Shown piece by piece: positions 9,593-20,458 of a stretch of 48,161 nt of DNA (positions within the stretch are counted from its first letter, which is position 1; the number at the start of each line of letters is the position of its first letter). The position numbers and the translations under genes were made by a program. The DNA is from Pelagibacteraceae bacterium AG-422-B15 (GTDB lineage Bacteria; Pseudomonadota; Alphaproteobacteria; Pelagibacterales; AG-422-B15): positions 1 to 48,161 of the forward strand of contig CAJJBM010000019.1 of NCBI GenBank assembly GCA_905182445.1. The letters are read 5' to 3'. Below the pieces are notes generated by a model. It made no database searches and had not been told where the DNA came from. It saw nothing but the letters and a program-made list of their open reading frames with translations.

Positions 9593-11806
9593 ATGAAAGA
9601 AAAAAAAATACAATTTACCGAGGCTTTAGAGGAAAGATATTTGGCGTATGCCTTGTCAACTATTACTCATAGGGCACTTCCAGATGTAAGAGATGGCCTT
9701 AAGCCAGTCCATCGAAGACTTTTGTATGCAATGTCTCAATTAAGACTTGGTTCAGGTACTGGATTTAAAAAATCAGCTAGGATTGTAGGTGATGTAATTG
9801 GTAAATATCATCCTCATGGTGATCAGTCAGTCTACGATGCCCTTGTAAGGTTAGCCCAAAATTTTTCTACTCGATATTTGTTAATAAATGGTCAGGGAAA
9901 TTTTGGTAATATTGACGGCGATAATGCTGCCGCAATGCGTTATACGGAAGCAAAGCTAACATCAATTTCTGAATTGATGTTACAGGATATTTCAGAAGAC
10001 ACTGTAGATTTCATTAAAACATATGATGGCACTGAGAGTGAGCCAATGGTTTTGCCCTGTGCATTTCCTAATCTCATAGCAAACGGCTCATCTGGTATTG
10101 CTGTCGGTATGGCAACGAATATACCTCCGCATAACATAGGTGAAGTTGCCAAGGCCTTGATTAAGCTTTTAAAGAATCCAAACACAACAGTATCTCAGCT
10201 AATGGCAGTTATTCCTGGACCAGATTTTCCAACTGGTGGTGAAATTATTGATAGCAATTCTTCAATTAAAGAGGCTTACTCAAAAGGAAAGGGCTCTTTA
10301 AGATTAAGAGCTAAGTGGCATGAAGAGAGTCTTGGGCGAGGACAATATCAAATTGTTATTACAGAAATTCCCTATCAAGTTAACAAATCAAGAATAATAG
10401 AAAAAGTTTCTGAACTTATTGATAATAAAAAAATTAACTATCTTGAAAATATTCAAGATGAATCAGCCGAAGATATTCGAATAGTATTATTGCCAAAAAC
10501 TAGAAGTATTAAAGCAGATGTAATTATTGAAGATATTTGTAAAGTTTCAGATTTAGAAACTAGGTTTTCAATTAATATGAATGCTATCAATGCCAAATTT
10601 GAACCAAAACTTTTTAATCTTAAAGATATTCTTAATTCTTTTATAGGTCATAGGTTCGAAATATTAAAGAGAAGAACAAAATATCGATTGGTTCAGACAG
10701 AAAATAGAATTGAAATTCTCAAAGGCTTCTTAATTGTTTATAAAAATTTAGATAAGATTATTAAAATCATAAGAACTGAAAATGATCCAGAAAAAAAACT
10801 TATATCTATTTTTAAGTTTACAAAAAGACAAGTTGAAGCTGTCCTAGCGATGCGGTTAAGGCAATTAAAAAAACTAGAAGAAAAAGATATCAATTTAGAG
10901 TATCAAGAATTAGTTGATTACAGAAAAGGTCTCAATCTAATTTTAAAATCAAAAGCAAAACAATCATCAATACTTAATGAGGAATTTAATAATATTTTAA
11001 AGAAATATAACAACTCTTCTAATGCTGGAAAAAGAAGAACAATAATAAATAATGACTATAAAGCTGTTGAATATTCAATAGATGAATTTGACAGTAAAGA
11101 GCCAGTTTCAATTATTTGCTCTCATAATGGGTGGATAAAATCAATTAAAGGTCATCAAGATGATTATAGTAATATTAAATACAAAGATGGAGATAAGTCC
11201 AAATTTATTGTTCAATGTAAAAATAATGACAAGCTTCTTCTATTTTCATCTTTAGGAAAATTCTACACACTCAACTGCTCTAAGATTACAACAGGACGTG
11301 GTTTTGGTGAGCCCGTAAGTGTAATTGTCGATAAGTCTGATAATGAAGAGGTTGTTGAATTATTTGTTTTTAACGAAAATGTAAATTATCTTATTGCGAG
11401 CGCTTCAGGTAAAGGATTTATTGTTAATACTTCTGATTTAGTAGCTTCAACACGATCTGGAAAAAGAATAATGAATTTAAAACAAGGTGATAAATCTATT
11501 TCTTGCAATACAGCTTCTGGTAATTTTATTGGAGTTATAAGTGGAGATAAAAAATCCTTAAAGCTCTTAACTTATGAACTGTCAGAAATACCGCAAATGC
11601 TAAAAGGTAGAGGTATAACTCTTCAGAAGTTCAAAGTGGGGAAAACATGCTATGCATTTACGTATGAAAAAAATAAGGGCATTATTTTCAGCAATTCTAA
11701 TCGAAAGCCAATTCCTTTTAGCGACCTAAAGCCATGGGTTGGTAAAAGAGCGCAAGCTGGAAAGATTCAGCCTAAAAACTTACTTAATAGACTATTAGAT
11801 AAATAA
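9593..11806 (+). CDS. parC: DNA topoisomerase IV subunit A
   Basis: 737 aa. GyrA/ParC N-terminus [34 protein letters not shown] and catalytic Tyr region [10 protein letters not shown]. The length and the position after recO fit ParC rather than GyrA. Confidence 0.85.
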   Translation: MKEKKIQFTEALEERYLAYALSTITHRALPDVRDGLKPVHRRLLYAMSQLRLGSGTGFKKSARIVGDVIGKYHPHGDQSVYDALVRLAQNFSTRYLLINGQGNFGNIDGDNAAAMRYTEAKLTSISELMLQDISEDTVDFIKTYDGTESEPMVLPCAFPNLIANGSSGIAVGMATNIPPHNIGEVAKALIKLLKNPNTTVSQLMAVIPGPDFPTGGEIIDSNSSIKEAYSKGKGSLRLRAKWHEESLGRGQYQIVITEIPYQVNKSRIIEKVSELIDNKKINYLENIQDESAEDIRIVLLPKTRSIKADVIIEDICKVSDLETRFSINMNAINAKFEPKLFNLKDILNSFIGHRFEILKRRTKYRLVQTENRIEILKGFLIVYKNLDKIIKIIRTENDPEKKLISIFKFTKRQVEAVLAMRLRQLKKLEEKDINLEYQELVDYRKGLNLILKSKAKQSSILNEEFNNILKKYNNSSNAGKRRTIINNDYKAVEYSIDEFDSKEPVSIICSHNGWIKSIKGHQDDYSNIKYKDGDKSKFIVQCKNNDKLLLFSSLGKFYTLNCSKITTGRGFGEPVSVIVDKSDNEEVVELFVFNENVNYLIASASGKGFIVNTSDLVASTRSGKRIMNLKQGDKSISCNTASGNFIGVISGDKKSLKLLTYELSEIPQMLKGRGITLQKFKVGKTCYAFTYEKNKGIIFSNSNRKPIPFSDLKPWVGKRAQAGKIQPKNLLNRLLDK

Positions 11807-11825
11807 AAATTAGTTATAATTAGCT

Positions 11826-13115
11826 ATGCAAAATTATCCAAATAGTTATTACATAGATAGCTTAGATAGAAACCTTATTCAGCATCCCTCTCTTTTAGAT
11901 AGTCATGAGTGTGATCTATGCATAATTGGAGGAGGTTTCACAGGCTTATCCACAGCTATTGAAGCGTCTAAAAAAGGATTAAAAGTAATTTTACTTGAGC
12001 AAAACAAAGTTGCTTGGGGAGCTTCTGGTAGAAATGGAGGCCAGATTGGAATAGATATTTCTAATGGTGTTCAAAATCTAGAAAGCAAATATGGTTTTGA
12101 AACTGTTAAGAGCTTATGGAACGTATCATTAGATGCGGTGAAATTAATTGATCAAAGAATTGATGAATTTAAAATTCAATGTGATAAAAAAATTGGGAAT
12201 CTATCTGTAGCCACTAATCACTCAACAGTAAAAGATTTTGAAAGTGAAATAGATTATTATCAAAAAAAATTAGATTATCACTCTACTAAGATACTTACTA
12301 GAGATGAAGTCTCAGAGGCAGTTGGATCAAATAGATACTTTGGTGGCCACTTACAAGAAGAGGGTGGACATTTACACCCATTAAAATATGCGCTAGGTCT
12401 AGCTGATGCGGCGCTATCACTAAATGTAGATATATACGAAGACTCAAAAGTGATTAAAATAAATGAAGAAAAAAACTATGTTGAAGTATTAACTTTAAAT
12501 GGCTCTGTTAAAGCAAAAAATATTGCTTTGTGTTGTAATGCATATCTAGAAGAAATTGATGCAGGCATTAAAAGTAAAATAATGCCCATTATCAATTATA
12601 TGATTGCTACCCAGCCAATAAGTGATGATTTGCAAAAAACTATTCTTCCAAGTGATTATTGTGTATGTGATACAAACTTTGATTTAAATTATTATCGACT
12701 ATCTTCAGATAAGCGAATGATTTTTGGTGGTGGCGTTAGCTATTCTCTTAAACACTCTGAAAAACTTGCTAAACGAACAGAACAAAGAATGCTTAGAGTA
12801 TTCCCTGCTTTATCATCAGAAAAAGCAGAATATATTTGGGGAGGCTATGTTGGGATAACTGTAAATAGAACTCCTGATATAGGTCAAACAAGTCCTAGAA
12901 TTTTTTATGCCCATGGCTTTTCAGGACATGGTGTAGCACTTACTGGAATTGCAGGAAAAATTATCGCAAATTCTATTTTTTCAGGAGAAAAAGGCGTACT
13001 TGAAACATTTGAAAAAATTAAACATAGAAATTTTCCTGGCGGAAGATTATTTAGAATGCCACTTCTTGTAACAATAAGTGCGCTTCAAAGAATGACTGAT
13101 ATTTTTAATGCATAA
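11826..13115 (+). CDS. FAD-dependent oxidoreductase (DAO family, gamma-glutamylputrescine oxidase/OrdL-like)
   Basis: 429 aa; dinucleotide-binding start DLCIIGGGFTGLSTAIEASKKGLKVILLEQ...GASGRNGGQ. The specific substrate cannot be read from the sequence. Confidence 0.75.
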   Translation: MQNYPNSYYIDSLDRNLIQHPSLLDSHECDLCIIGGGFTGLSTAIEASKKGLKVILLEQNKVAWGASGRNGGQIGIDISNGVQNLESKYGFETVKSLWNVSLDAVKLIDQRIDEFKIQCDKKIGNLSVATNHSTVKDFESEIDYYQKKLDYHSTKILTRDEVSEAVGSNRYFGGHLQEEGGHLHPLKYALGLADAALSLNVDIYEDSKVIKINEEKNYVEVLTLNGSVKAKNIALCCNAYLEEIDAGIKSKIMPIINYMIATQPISDDLQKTILPSDYCVCDTNFDLNYYRLSSDKRMIFGGGVSYSLKHSEKLAKRTEQRMLRVFPALSSEKAEYIWGGYVGITVNRTPDIGQTSPRIFYAHGFSGHGVALTGIAGKIIANSIFSGEKGVLETFEKIKHRNFPGGRLFRMPLLVTISALQRMTDIFNA

Positions 13116-13971
13116 AATTCTTTTTATAGGATTGGGAACTATGGGCTACCCAATGGCAGGACATCTTAGCAAGATTAATGATGTGACAGTGTACAATAGA
13201 ACTCTATCTAAATCCCAGAAGTGGATTAAGGATCATGATGGCAAACTTCTTTCAAAATTATCAGAAATTGAAGAAGAATTTGATTTTATTATTTCATGCA
13301 TTGGAAATGATGATGATTTAATAGAGATAACTACATCTAAAAATGGTTGCTTCAAATTACTTAATAAAGATTCAATATTTATTGATCATTCGACCGTTTC
13401 ACCTAAATTAGTAAAAAAAATTTTCAAAGAAGCTAAAGAAGTTGGAGTAAATTTTCTTGACGCCCCTATTTCAGGTGGGGAAGCTGGAGCAATCAATGGA
13501 GCTTTAAGTATTATGATTGGGGGTGAATTAAAAAGTTTTAAAGATTCAGAGGAATTGTTACGAGCTTATGGAAAAAAAATTAAATATATGGGTCAGTCTG
13601 GCTCAGGTCAGTTAACAAAGATTATAAATCAAATTTGTATTGCTGGATTAGTTCAAGGATTAGCCGAAGCAGTTCATTTTATGAAAAAGACTGATTTAAG
13701 TGCGGATGATGTTTTGGATGTAATCTCAGGAGGTGCCGCTCAGTCCTGGCAACTCGATAATCGTCTAAAAACGATGTCAGAAGATAAATTTAACTTTGGA
13801 TTTGCCGTTGATCTAATGAGAAAAGATTTAGGCATTGCTTTTGATCAAGCTAAAGAATTTGGAATTAATTTAGAGATTACAAAAATTGTTGATCAATTTT
13901 ATTTAGAGTTGCAAAAGATGGGACATAACAAACTTGATACATCAAGCTTAGTAAAAAGACTAACTGATTAA
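13108..13971 (+). CDS. NAD(P)-dependent 3-hydroxyisobutyrate dehydrogenase family oxidoreductase
   Basis: 287 aa; Rossmann start ILFIGLGTMGYPMAGHL and DAPISGGEAGA motif of the HIBADH/6PGDH-NAD-binding family. 8-nt overlap with the upstream oxidoreductase. Confidence 0.75.
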   Translation: MHKILFIGLGTMGYPMAGHLSKINDVTVYNRTLSKSQKWIKDHDGKLLSKLSEIEEEFDFIISCIGNDDDLIEITTSKNGCFKLLNKDSIFIDHSTVSPKLVKKIFKEAKEVGVNFLDAPISGGEAGAINGALSIMIGGELKSFKDSEELLRAYGKKIKYMGQSGSGQLTKIINQICIAGLVQGLAEAVHFMKKTDLSADDVLDVISGGAAQSWQLDNRLKTMSEDKFNFGFAVDLMRKDLGIAFDQAKEFGINLEITKIVDQFYLELQKMGHNKLDTSSLVKRLTD

Positions 13972-14967
13972 ATTAATTTTTTTTGCAACATTTAAAGCAA
14001 AGTAAGTTAAAATAGCATCAGCACCAGCTCTCTTAAAAGAAGTCAATTGCTCTAGTATAATTTTTTCTTCATCTATCCATCCATTAGCAGCAGCAGCCTT
14101 TACCATGGCATACTCACCAGATACTTGATAAGCAAAGGTAGGAAATTTAAACTCTTTTTTTAATTTTTGAATAACATCAAGATAACTAATTCCTGGTTTA
14201 ACCATTATAATGTCTGCACCTTCAGAAATATCTAGTGCAGTTTCTCTTAAAGCTTCATCTGAGTTTGCATAATCCATTTGATAAGTTTTTTTATCAGATT
14301 TTAAATTATTTCCTGAGCCAACTGCATCTCTAAAAGGACCATAAAAACTGGATGCATACTTAGCGGCGTAAGATAGCAAAAGAGTATCTTTAAAATTATT
14401 ATCTTCTAATGCGCTTCTTATTAGTCCAATGCGTCCATCCATCATATCAGATGGCGCAATAATATCTGCTTTATGATCCGCAAGAAGAAGAGACTGTTTT
14501 ACTAAAATTTCATTAGATTCATCATTCAAGATTTGATTAGTATCGCTCAGCAAGCCATCATGACCATGTGAGGTGTAAGGGTCTAACGCAACATCACACA
14601 TTATACCAAGATTTAGGCTTTGATCTTTAATTTTCTTTAAAGCTTTGCATACTAAATTATCTTCATTTAAAGCCTCACGTCCATTTTTGTCCTTCTTTTC
14701 ATTTGGTGTATTTGGAAAAAGTGCAATAAGATTTATTTTATTATCTACCGCTTGATCAGTTACTTCATTTAGCCGATCAATTGAATACCTGTAAACCCCA
14801 GGCATTGAGATAACTTCTTCTTTAATATTAATGCCATCACAAATAAACACGGGCCAAATTAAATCGTTAACTGATAGTGAGTTTTCGCTAACCAGATTTC
14901 TAATCCACTCAGATTGTCTATTTCTTCTAAGCCGGCTATTTGGAAAATTTTGTAAATATTTGATCAT
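13960..14967 (-). CDS. hemB: Porphobilinogen synthase (delta-aminolevulinic acid dehydratase)
   Basis: 335 aa with full-length ALAD similarity. The metal site reads DVALDPYTSHGHDG, the aspartate-rich (Mg-type) rather than Cys-rich Zn type. Confidence 0.93.
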   Translation of the reverse strand: MIKYLQNFPNSRLRRNRQSEWIRNLVSENSLSVNDLIWPVFICDGINIKEEVISMPGVYRYSIDRLNEVTDQAVDNKINLIALFPNTPNEKKDKNGREALNEDNLVCKALKKIKDQSLNLGIMCDVALDPYTSHGHDGLLSDTNQILNDESNEILVKQSLLLADHKADIIAPSDMMDGRIGLIRSALEDNNFKDTLLLSYAAKYASSFYGPFRDAVGSGNNLKSDKKTYQMDYANSDEALRETALDISEGADIIMVKPGISYLDVIQKLKKEFKFPTFAYQVSGEYAMVKAAAANGWIDEEKIILEQLTSFKRAGADAILTYFALNVAKKINLIS

Positions 14968-15731
14968 TTGTTCTTTTTTGGCAATATAATAAATGGACTT
15001 GTAGTGTCTATATATTCTTTATAACCTTCTTTGGTATGTTTAATTTGACTTTCTAACATAGATACTCCGGAAACTTTTAATAATAAATATGTCATTATAA
15101 CTGGTGATATTAATACTAATAATTCTCCAGTTAAACTTAAAGAATAAATTGATATGCCCCACCAAAATAAGCTATTTCCAAAATAATTCGGATGTCTTGA
15201 ATAATTCCATAAGCCTAAACTCATAACTTTACCATTATTTAAAGGATCTTTTTTAAAGGATTTTAATTGTTCGTCAGACATGGCCTCTATAATTATACCG
15301 GCTAAAGCTATGATTATACTGAGCCAAGATATAATACTTAATCTTAAATCAATTGCAGAAAGAACACTCTCTATTGGAAGTGATATAATTGAAATTAAGA
15401 TAGCCTGAACCACATAACTGATAAAAAATAATTTAATATTACCATATTTAGATCTTAATTTTGAATACCTCACATCCTCTGGATGCCCCATATTTCTTGT
15501 ATAAAGGTATAAACCAAGTCTTAATGACCAAAATGCTACTATGCCAATTAATATTAAATGAGGAAAAGAATAATTTTTATTTATTAGCAATAGAATGAGA
15601 CAACTTACGGAAAAAGACGGCCCCCAGTAAATATCTATAATATCAGCTTTTTTAATAACTAGGGATATGCTAAATAAAATTGATACAACTAATAGATTTA
15701 TTAAAAAAATAGTTATAAGGTTTTCAATCAT
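14964..15731 (-). CDS. DUF1295 / steroid-5-alpha-reductase-like integral membrane protein
   Basis: 255 aa, multi-TM; C-terminal NYSRHPNYFGNSLFWWG motif of the DUF1295/ICMT-like superfamily. 4-nt overlap with hemB. Confidence 0.7.
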   Translation of the reverse strand: MIENLITIFLINLLVVSILFSISLVIKKADIIDIYWGPSFSVSCLILLLINKNYSFPHLILIGIVAFWSLRLGLYLYTRNMGHPEDVRYSKLRSKYGNIKLFFISYVVQAILISIISLPIESVLSAIDLRLSIISWLSIIIALAGIIIEAMSDEQLKSFKKDPLNNGKVMSLGLWNYSRHPNYFGNSLFWWGISIYSLSLTGELLVLISPVIMTYLLLKVSGVSMLESQIKHTKEGYKEYIDTTSPFIILPKKNK

Positions 15732-15749
15732 AATCTACTATATTCCTTT

Positions 15750-16496
15750 ATGGCTTTTAATTATTTAAATTCAAATTTTGCAGCATTTGCTCATCGTGGT
15801 GGTGCAAATGACTTTGTAGAAAATACATTGGAAGCCTTTGAACAGTCAATCAATTTAGGATTTAAATATATTGAAACTGATGTACAGGCTACAAAAGACG
15901 ATAAATTAGTCATTTTTCATGATTCAGATTTAAAACGCATGTTAAATTTAAAAATTGATATTTCATCAATTAACTATGATGAATTAAGTAGCTATAAGAT
16001 AAATGATGTTCATAAAATCCCAACTTTTTTAGAGACTGTCTCATCATGGCCAAGTATAAATTTTAATATTGATCCAAAGTCAGATAAATCAGCTGAATTA
16101 CTTATTAATGAGTTAAAGTCTATTGGTAAGATAGATAGATTTTGTGTTGGATCATTTGACATATTGAAACTAAATAAAATAAGAAACGCTTTTGATAACA
16201 AGCTATGTACTAGCATGGCAATGAATGAGGTAATTAAATTTTATTTCTTAAGATTTTTTGGAATTAACAACATTAATGCTCCTTGTTTGCAATTACCTTA
16301 TTATAGAAATGGTTTTAAAGTAATTACACCGGGACTGATAAGAGATGCTCATAAGTTTAATAAAAAAGTCTATGCGTGGACTATTGATGATCCAAAAGAA
16401 ATAAGCGAACTCCTAGACATGGGTATAGATGGAATAATGACTGACCGTCCAGAGCTTTTAAAGAATGAAATGGCAAAAAAAGGAATAAGTATTTAA
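15750..16496 (+). CDS. Glycerophosphodiester phosphodiesterase family protein
   Basis: 248 aa; GDPD motifs AHRGG...ENTLEAFEQS...IETDVQATKDDKLVIFHD. Confidence 0.8.
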   Translation: MAFNYLNSNFAAFAHRGGANDFVENTLEAFEQSINLGFKYIETDVQATKDDKLVIFHDSDLKRMLNLKIDISSINYDELSSYKINDVHKIPTFLETVSSWPSINFNIDPKSDKSAELLINELKSIGKIDRFCVGSFDILKLNKIRNAFDNKLCTSMAMNEVIKFYFLRFFGINNINAPCLQLPYYRNGFKVITPGLIRDAHKFNKKVYAWTIDDPKEISELLDMGIDGIMTDRPELLKNEMAKKGISI

Positions 16497-16497
16497 G

Positions 16498-16527
16498 TTA
16501 AGTTCATAAACTTAAACATTTTTATTT
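16498..16527 (+). terminator. Possible weak intrinsic terminator after the phosphodiesterase gene
   Basis: AT-only hairpin TTAAGTT-cata-AACTTAA (16498..16515) followed by acaTTTTTaTTT. The stem has a single G-C pair, so this is tentative. Confidence 0.25.
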
Positions 16528-16556
16528 ACAATATTTAGTATTGAAATATCATTATT

Positions 16557-17000
16557 GTGTCGTATATGGTAACAAACGTAAAAATAGCTATAGGCTCTGA
16601 TCATGCTGGCTTTGAATTAAAGCAGATCATAGTTGATCATCTTTCTGCTAGAAATTTAGATTATGTAGATTGTGGAACAAACAGTCTTGAGTCTGTTGAC
16701 TATCCAGATTTTGCTAAAAAAGTTGCTGAGGAAGTAAATAATAAGGATTTAGTTATGGGAATTTTAGTTTGCGGAAGTGGACAAGGCATGGCAATGACCG
16801 CCAATCGCTATAAAAATGTTCGTGCGGCTATTTGTCATAATTCGGATGTTGCAAAAGTAACTAGAGAACATAATGATGCAAATATTCTATGTTTAGGGTC
16901 ACGATTTATTGAAAAAATAGAAGCATTGAAATGTGTAGATATATTTCTATCAACTGACTTTGAAGGTGAGAGACATTTAAAGAGAATTAATAAAATTTAA
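16557..17000 (+). CDS. rpiB: Ribose-5-phosphate isomerase B
   Basis: [14 protein letters not shown] and [14 protein letters not shown] motifs. The track start is GTG 16557; the ATG at 16566 ([10 protein letters not shown]...) is the alternative. Confidence 0.88.
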   Translation: MSYMVTNVKIAIGSDHAGFELKQIIVDHLSARNLDYVDCGTNSLESVDYPDFAKKVAEEVNNKDLVMGILVCGSGQGMAMTANRYKNVRAAICHNSDVAKVTREHNDANILCLGSRFIEKIEALKCVDIFLSTDFEGERHLKRINKI

Positions 17001-17011
17001 AAGGTGCATTT

Positions 17012-18274
17012 ATGAGTTTTTTCAAAAGTAGTTTAATTGATATTGATAAAGACATTGCGGATACAATTAGTAATGAGCTAAACAGACAGCGAAGTCAAAT
17101 TGAGCTAATAGCTTCAGAGAATATTGTTTCAAAGGCAGTGTTAGAAGCACAAGGCTCAATTCATACAAATAAATATGCGGAAGGCTATCCAGGTTCAAGA
17201 TATTATGGTGGTTGCGAATATGTTGATGTTGCAGAAGAACTAGCAATAAATAGAGTAAAAGAATTATACGGCTGTAAGTATGCAAATGTGCAACCTCATT
17301 CAGGAGCGCAGGCTAATGGTGCGGTCTTTTTAGCTTTAATTAAACCTAACGATACAATACTTGGTATGAGTCTAGATGCCGGTGGACATCTTACACATGG
17401 TGCAAAACCCTCACAGTCAGGAAAATGGTTTAATCCAATTCAATATGGCGTAGATGAAAGTGGATTTATTGATTATGACCAAGTTGAATCATTAGCTAAA
17501 GAGCATAAGCCAAAACTTATAATTGCAGGTGGAAGTGCTTATTCTAGAAAAATTGATTTTAAAAAATTTAGAGAAGTGGCTGATTTAGTCGGTGCCTATT
17601 TATTGGTTGATATGGCTCACTATTCAGGTCTAGTTGCAGCCGGTGAATACCCAAACCCAATCGAGTATGCTGATGTAGTTACGTCAACCACGCACAAGAC
17701 TATTAGAGGTCCTAGAGGAGGGATGATATTATCCAATAATCTAGATTTAGGAAAAAAATTTAATTCAGCGGTCTTTCCAGGACTGCAGGGTGGACCATTG
17801 ATGCATGTAATTGCAGCAAAAGCAGTTGCTTTTGGTGAAGCGTTAAAACCAGAGTTTAAAACTTATATTCAGCAGGTTATTTCTAATGCCAAAATACTTG
17901 GAGAAACTCTAGTTAATCATGGTTTAAATTTAGCATCAGGAGGTACCGATACTCATTTACTACTTGTTGATTTGACTCCAAAAGGTTTAACAGGGGACGT
18001 TGCCGAAGCTAGCCTAGAGAGAGCTAATATAACATGTAACAAAAATAGTATTCCATTTGATCCAAAGCCACCTAAGGTGACATCAGGTATTAGAATTGGA
18101 ACTCCAGCAGCCACAACTCGTGGCTTTAATAACCAAGATTTTATAAAGGTAGGAGATCTAATAGCCGAAACATTAAATGGTTTACAAAATAATCCAGAAA
18201 ATAACGATAAGTCAGAAGAAAATGTTAGAGCGCAAGTGAAAGAGCTGTGCGACAAATATCCAATTTATGATTAA
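17012..18274 (+). CDS. glyA: Serine hydroxymethyltransferase
   Basis: 420 aa; PLP-lysine motif [14 protein letters not shown] and full-length SHMT similarity. Confidence 0.95.
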   Translation: MSFFKSSLIDIDKDIADTISNELNRQRSQIELIASENIVSKAVLEAQGSIHTNKYAEGYPGSRYYGGCEYVDVAEELAINRVKELYGCKYANVQPHSGAQANGAVFLALIKPNDTILGMSLDAGGHLTHGAKPSQSGKWFNPIQYGVDESGFIDYDQVESLAKEHKPKLIIAGGSAYSRKIDFKKFREVADLVGAYLLVDMAHYSGLVAAGEYPNPIEYADVVTSTTHKTIRGPRGGMILSNNLDLGKKFNSAVFPGLQGGPLMHVIAAKAVAFGEALKPEFKTYIQQVISNAKILGETLVNHGLNLASGGTDTHLLLVDLTPKGLTGDVAEASLERANITCNKNSIPFDPKPPKVTSGIRIGTPAATTRGFNNQDFIKVGDLIAETLNGLQNNPENNDKSEENVRAQVKELCDKYPIYD

Positions 18275-18286
18275 TAAGGTAGCAAT

Positions 18287-18745
18287 ATGAAATGTCCATT
18301 CTGTGGTAACGAAGATACTCAAGTTAAAGACTCACGTTCGACTGAGGATAATTCTGCAATAAGAAGAAGAAGATTCTGTTTAGATTGTGGTGCAAGATTT
18401 ACCACATTTGAGAGAATACAATTAAGGGAACTTACTGTTGTCAAAAAGAATGGAAAAAAAGTTCCGTTTACCAGAGATAAATTAGAAAGATCAATTCAAG
18501 TAGCTTTAAGAAAAAGACCAGTTGATCCTGACCGGGTAGATAGAATGATCAGTGGTGTCGTAAGAAGAATAGAAAGTTTAGGCGAGACAGAAGTCGCATC
18601 TGAGATTGTTGGAGAGATAGTTATGGAAGGCTTGCAGAGCTTAGACTCTGTTGCGTATGTAAGGTTTGCTTCGGTATATAAAAACTTTAGAGAAGCCAAA
18701 GACTTTGAAGAGTTTGTTGGCGTAATTACCGATAACAAGGAGTAG
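18287..18745 (+). CDS. nrdR: Transcriptional repressor NrdR
   Basis: 152 aa; zinc ribbon MKCPFCG...[12 protein letters not shown] followed by an ATP-cone. Conserved glyA-nrdR-ribD order. Confidence 0.93.
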   Translation: MKCPFCGNEDTQVKDSRSTEDNSAIRRRRFCLDCGARFTTFERIQLRELTVVKKNGKKVPFTRDKLERSIQVALRKRPVDPDRVDRMISGVVRRIESLGETEVASEIVGEIVMEGLQSLDSVAYVRFASVYKNFREAKDFEEFVGVITDNKE

Positions 18746-18775
18746 ACAATAACTCTTTCATTACAGAATTTTTAT

Positions 18776-19849
18776 ATGGATCTTGCTTTTAGAATGGCAA
18801 GCAGAGCTATTGGTACTACATTAGCTAATCCAGCAGTTGGATGTATTATTGTTAAAAATAATAATATAATTGCTCGGGGATGGACCCAGCCTACTGGAAA
18901 ACCCCATGCTGAAATACATGCTATTAATCAAGTTAGAGATAAATCATTGCTTAGAGGGGCTGAAATGTATTGCACACTTGAGCCATGTAGCCATTTTGGA
19001 AAAACCAATCCATGTGTAGATAGTATAATTAGGTCTGAAATTTCTAAAGTATATATAGGTGACATTGATAAAAATCCTAAAGTGAAGGGCAAAGGATTAG
19101 AGGCATTAAAAAAATCAAAAATTAATGTTCAAATATTATTCAATAAAGAAATTAAAGAATTAAATAATATTTTTTTTCAATCTAAGATAAAAAAAAAACC
19201 TCTAATTATCTGTAAAATTGCATCAACATTAGACTCTAAAATTGCTACTATTAGCAGCGAAAGCAAGTGGATTACCAATAGCCTATCAAGAAGCCATGGT
19301 CACTATTTAAGATTTAAATCTGATGCTATGCTAGTTGGCAAGAATACTGTTCTATTAGATGATCCAGATTTACATTGTAGATTAGATGGCTTGCAGTCTT
19401 TTTCACCAAATATTTTTTTATTAGATTCAAATCTTGAAATACCAGTTATAAAAAAAGTATTCAAATCGAAAAAAAGACAAATATACATTTTTTATAAAAA
19501 TACTATTAATATAAAAAAGTTAAAAAAATTTTCTAAAACTAAAGTTATTTTACTTCCGATTACTTATAAAAATAATTCATTAGATATTAATGAAGTTGTA
19601 TCAAAAATGGCAGAGCTGGGGGCCCAAAGAGTTCTAGTTGAAGGAGGGGCAGAACTGATAACACAAATAATTAATAAAAAATTAGTTGATATACTTTACT
19701 GGTTTAGGGCTAGTAAATTAATTGGCAAAGATGGCTTAAATGCTGTATCTAATTTAAGTGTAACTAAGATGAGTTCTATTAAAGAATTAAAGCTAATTAA
19801 TATTATGCAAATTCAATCAGATACTCTTGAGGTTTATGAAAGAAAATAA
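18776..19849 (+). CDS. ribD: Bifunctional diaminohydroxyphosphoribosylaminopyrimidine deaminase / 5-amino-6-(5-phosphoribosylamino)uracil reductase
   Basis: 357 aa; deaminase Zn motifs HAEIHAI and TLEPCSHFGKTNPC, then a reductase domain. Confidence 0.9.
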   Translation: MDLAFRMASRAIGTTLANPAVGCIIVKNNNIIARGWTQPTGKPHAEIHAINQVRDKSLLRGAEMYCTLEPCSHFGKTNPCVDSIIRSEISKVYIGDIDKNPKVKGKGLEALKKSKINVQILFNKEIKELNNIFFQSKIKKKPLIICKIASTLDSKIATISSESKWITNSLSRSHGHYLRFKSDAMLVGKNTVLLDDPDLHCRLDGLQSFSPNIFLLDSNLEIPVIKKVFKSKKRQIYIFYKNTINIKKLKKFSKTKVILLPITYKNNSLDINEVVSKMAELGAQRVLVEGGAELITQIINKKLVDILYWFRASKLIGKDGLNAVSNLSVTKMSSIKELKLINIMQIQSDTLEVYERK

Positions 19850-19852
19850 TTT

Positions 19853-20446
19853 ATGTTTTCAGGTATTGTAGAACAAATTGGAAAAGTAAATAAGATAGAA
19901 GGGCGTGATGATCACCACCTTACTATCCGCACAACTTTTCTAAAAAAACAATTAAAAATCGGCAGCTCTGTATGTTGTAATGGAGTTTGCTTAACTGTTC
20001 ATACAATCAAACAAAATAAAAATAGTTTAGATCTTAGTTTTGATGTTTCAAAAGAAACTATTAGCTGTACTAATTTTGAACAGTTAGAAATTGGATCATC
20101 AATAAATTTAGAAAAATCACTTAGAGTTGGCGATGAAATAAGTGGGCATTTTGTATTTGGTCACATTGATACAATATCAAAGTTAAGATCTTTAGAAAAG
20201 ATTGGAAAATCATATAAACTTAAATTTTCAATGCCGAATAATATAAAAAAACTTGTAATTAAAAAAGGTTCAATAGCAATTAATGGTATTTCTTTGACGG
20301 TAAATAAGACAACAAAAGACAGTTTTTTTGTAAATATTGTTGATTATACTTGGAATCATACCAATTTCAAAAAAATTGAAGTGAATGATTTAGTTAACAT
20401 TGAAGTTGATATGTTAGCAAGATATGTTACGAATTCAAAAAAATAA
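19853..20446 (+). CDS. ribE: Riboflavin synthase (alpha chain)
   Basis: 197 aa; MFSGIVE start and an internal duplication of the lumazine-binding barrel (GSSVCCNGVCLTV / GSIAINGISLTV). Confidence 0.9.
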   Translation: MFSGIVEQIGKVNKIEGRDDHHLTIRTTFLKKQLKIGSSVCCNGVCLTVHTIKQNKNSLDLSFDVSKETISCTNFEQLEIGSSINLEKSLRVGDEISGHFVFGHIDTISKLRSLEKIGKSYKLKFSMPNNIKKLVIKKGSIAINGISLTVNKTTKDSFFVNIVDYTWNHTNFKKIEVNDLVNIEVDMLARYVTNSKK

Positions 20447-20458
20447 TAGCTTTTACTT

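Noticed and set aside
18746-18775. An expected FMN riboswitch ahead of the rib operon (ribD-ribE-ribBX-ribH), and a possible glycine or T-box element ahead of glyA (17001..17011)
   Set aside because: The gaps are only 30 nt and 11 nt, far too short for either aptamer. No FMN-box-like sequence is visible anywhere between 18.2 and 21.6 kb.
19189-19198. A10 homopolymer inside ribD (also A9 runs at the starts of ribH and parC) as slippage or phase-variation sites
   Set aside because: They encode in-frame lysine runs (KKK) typical of AT-rich genomes. Reading frames are intact, and these are essential housekeeping genes unlikely to be phase-variable.
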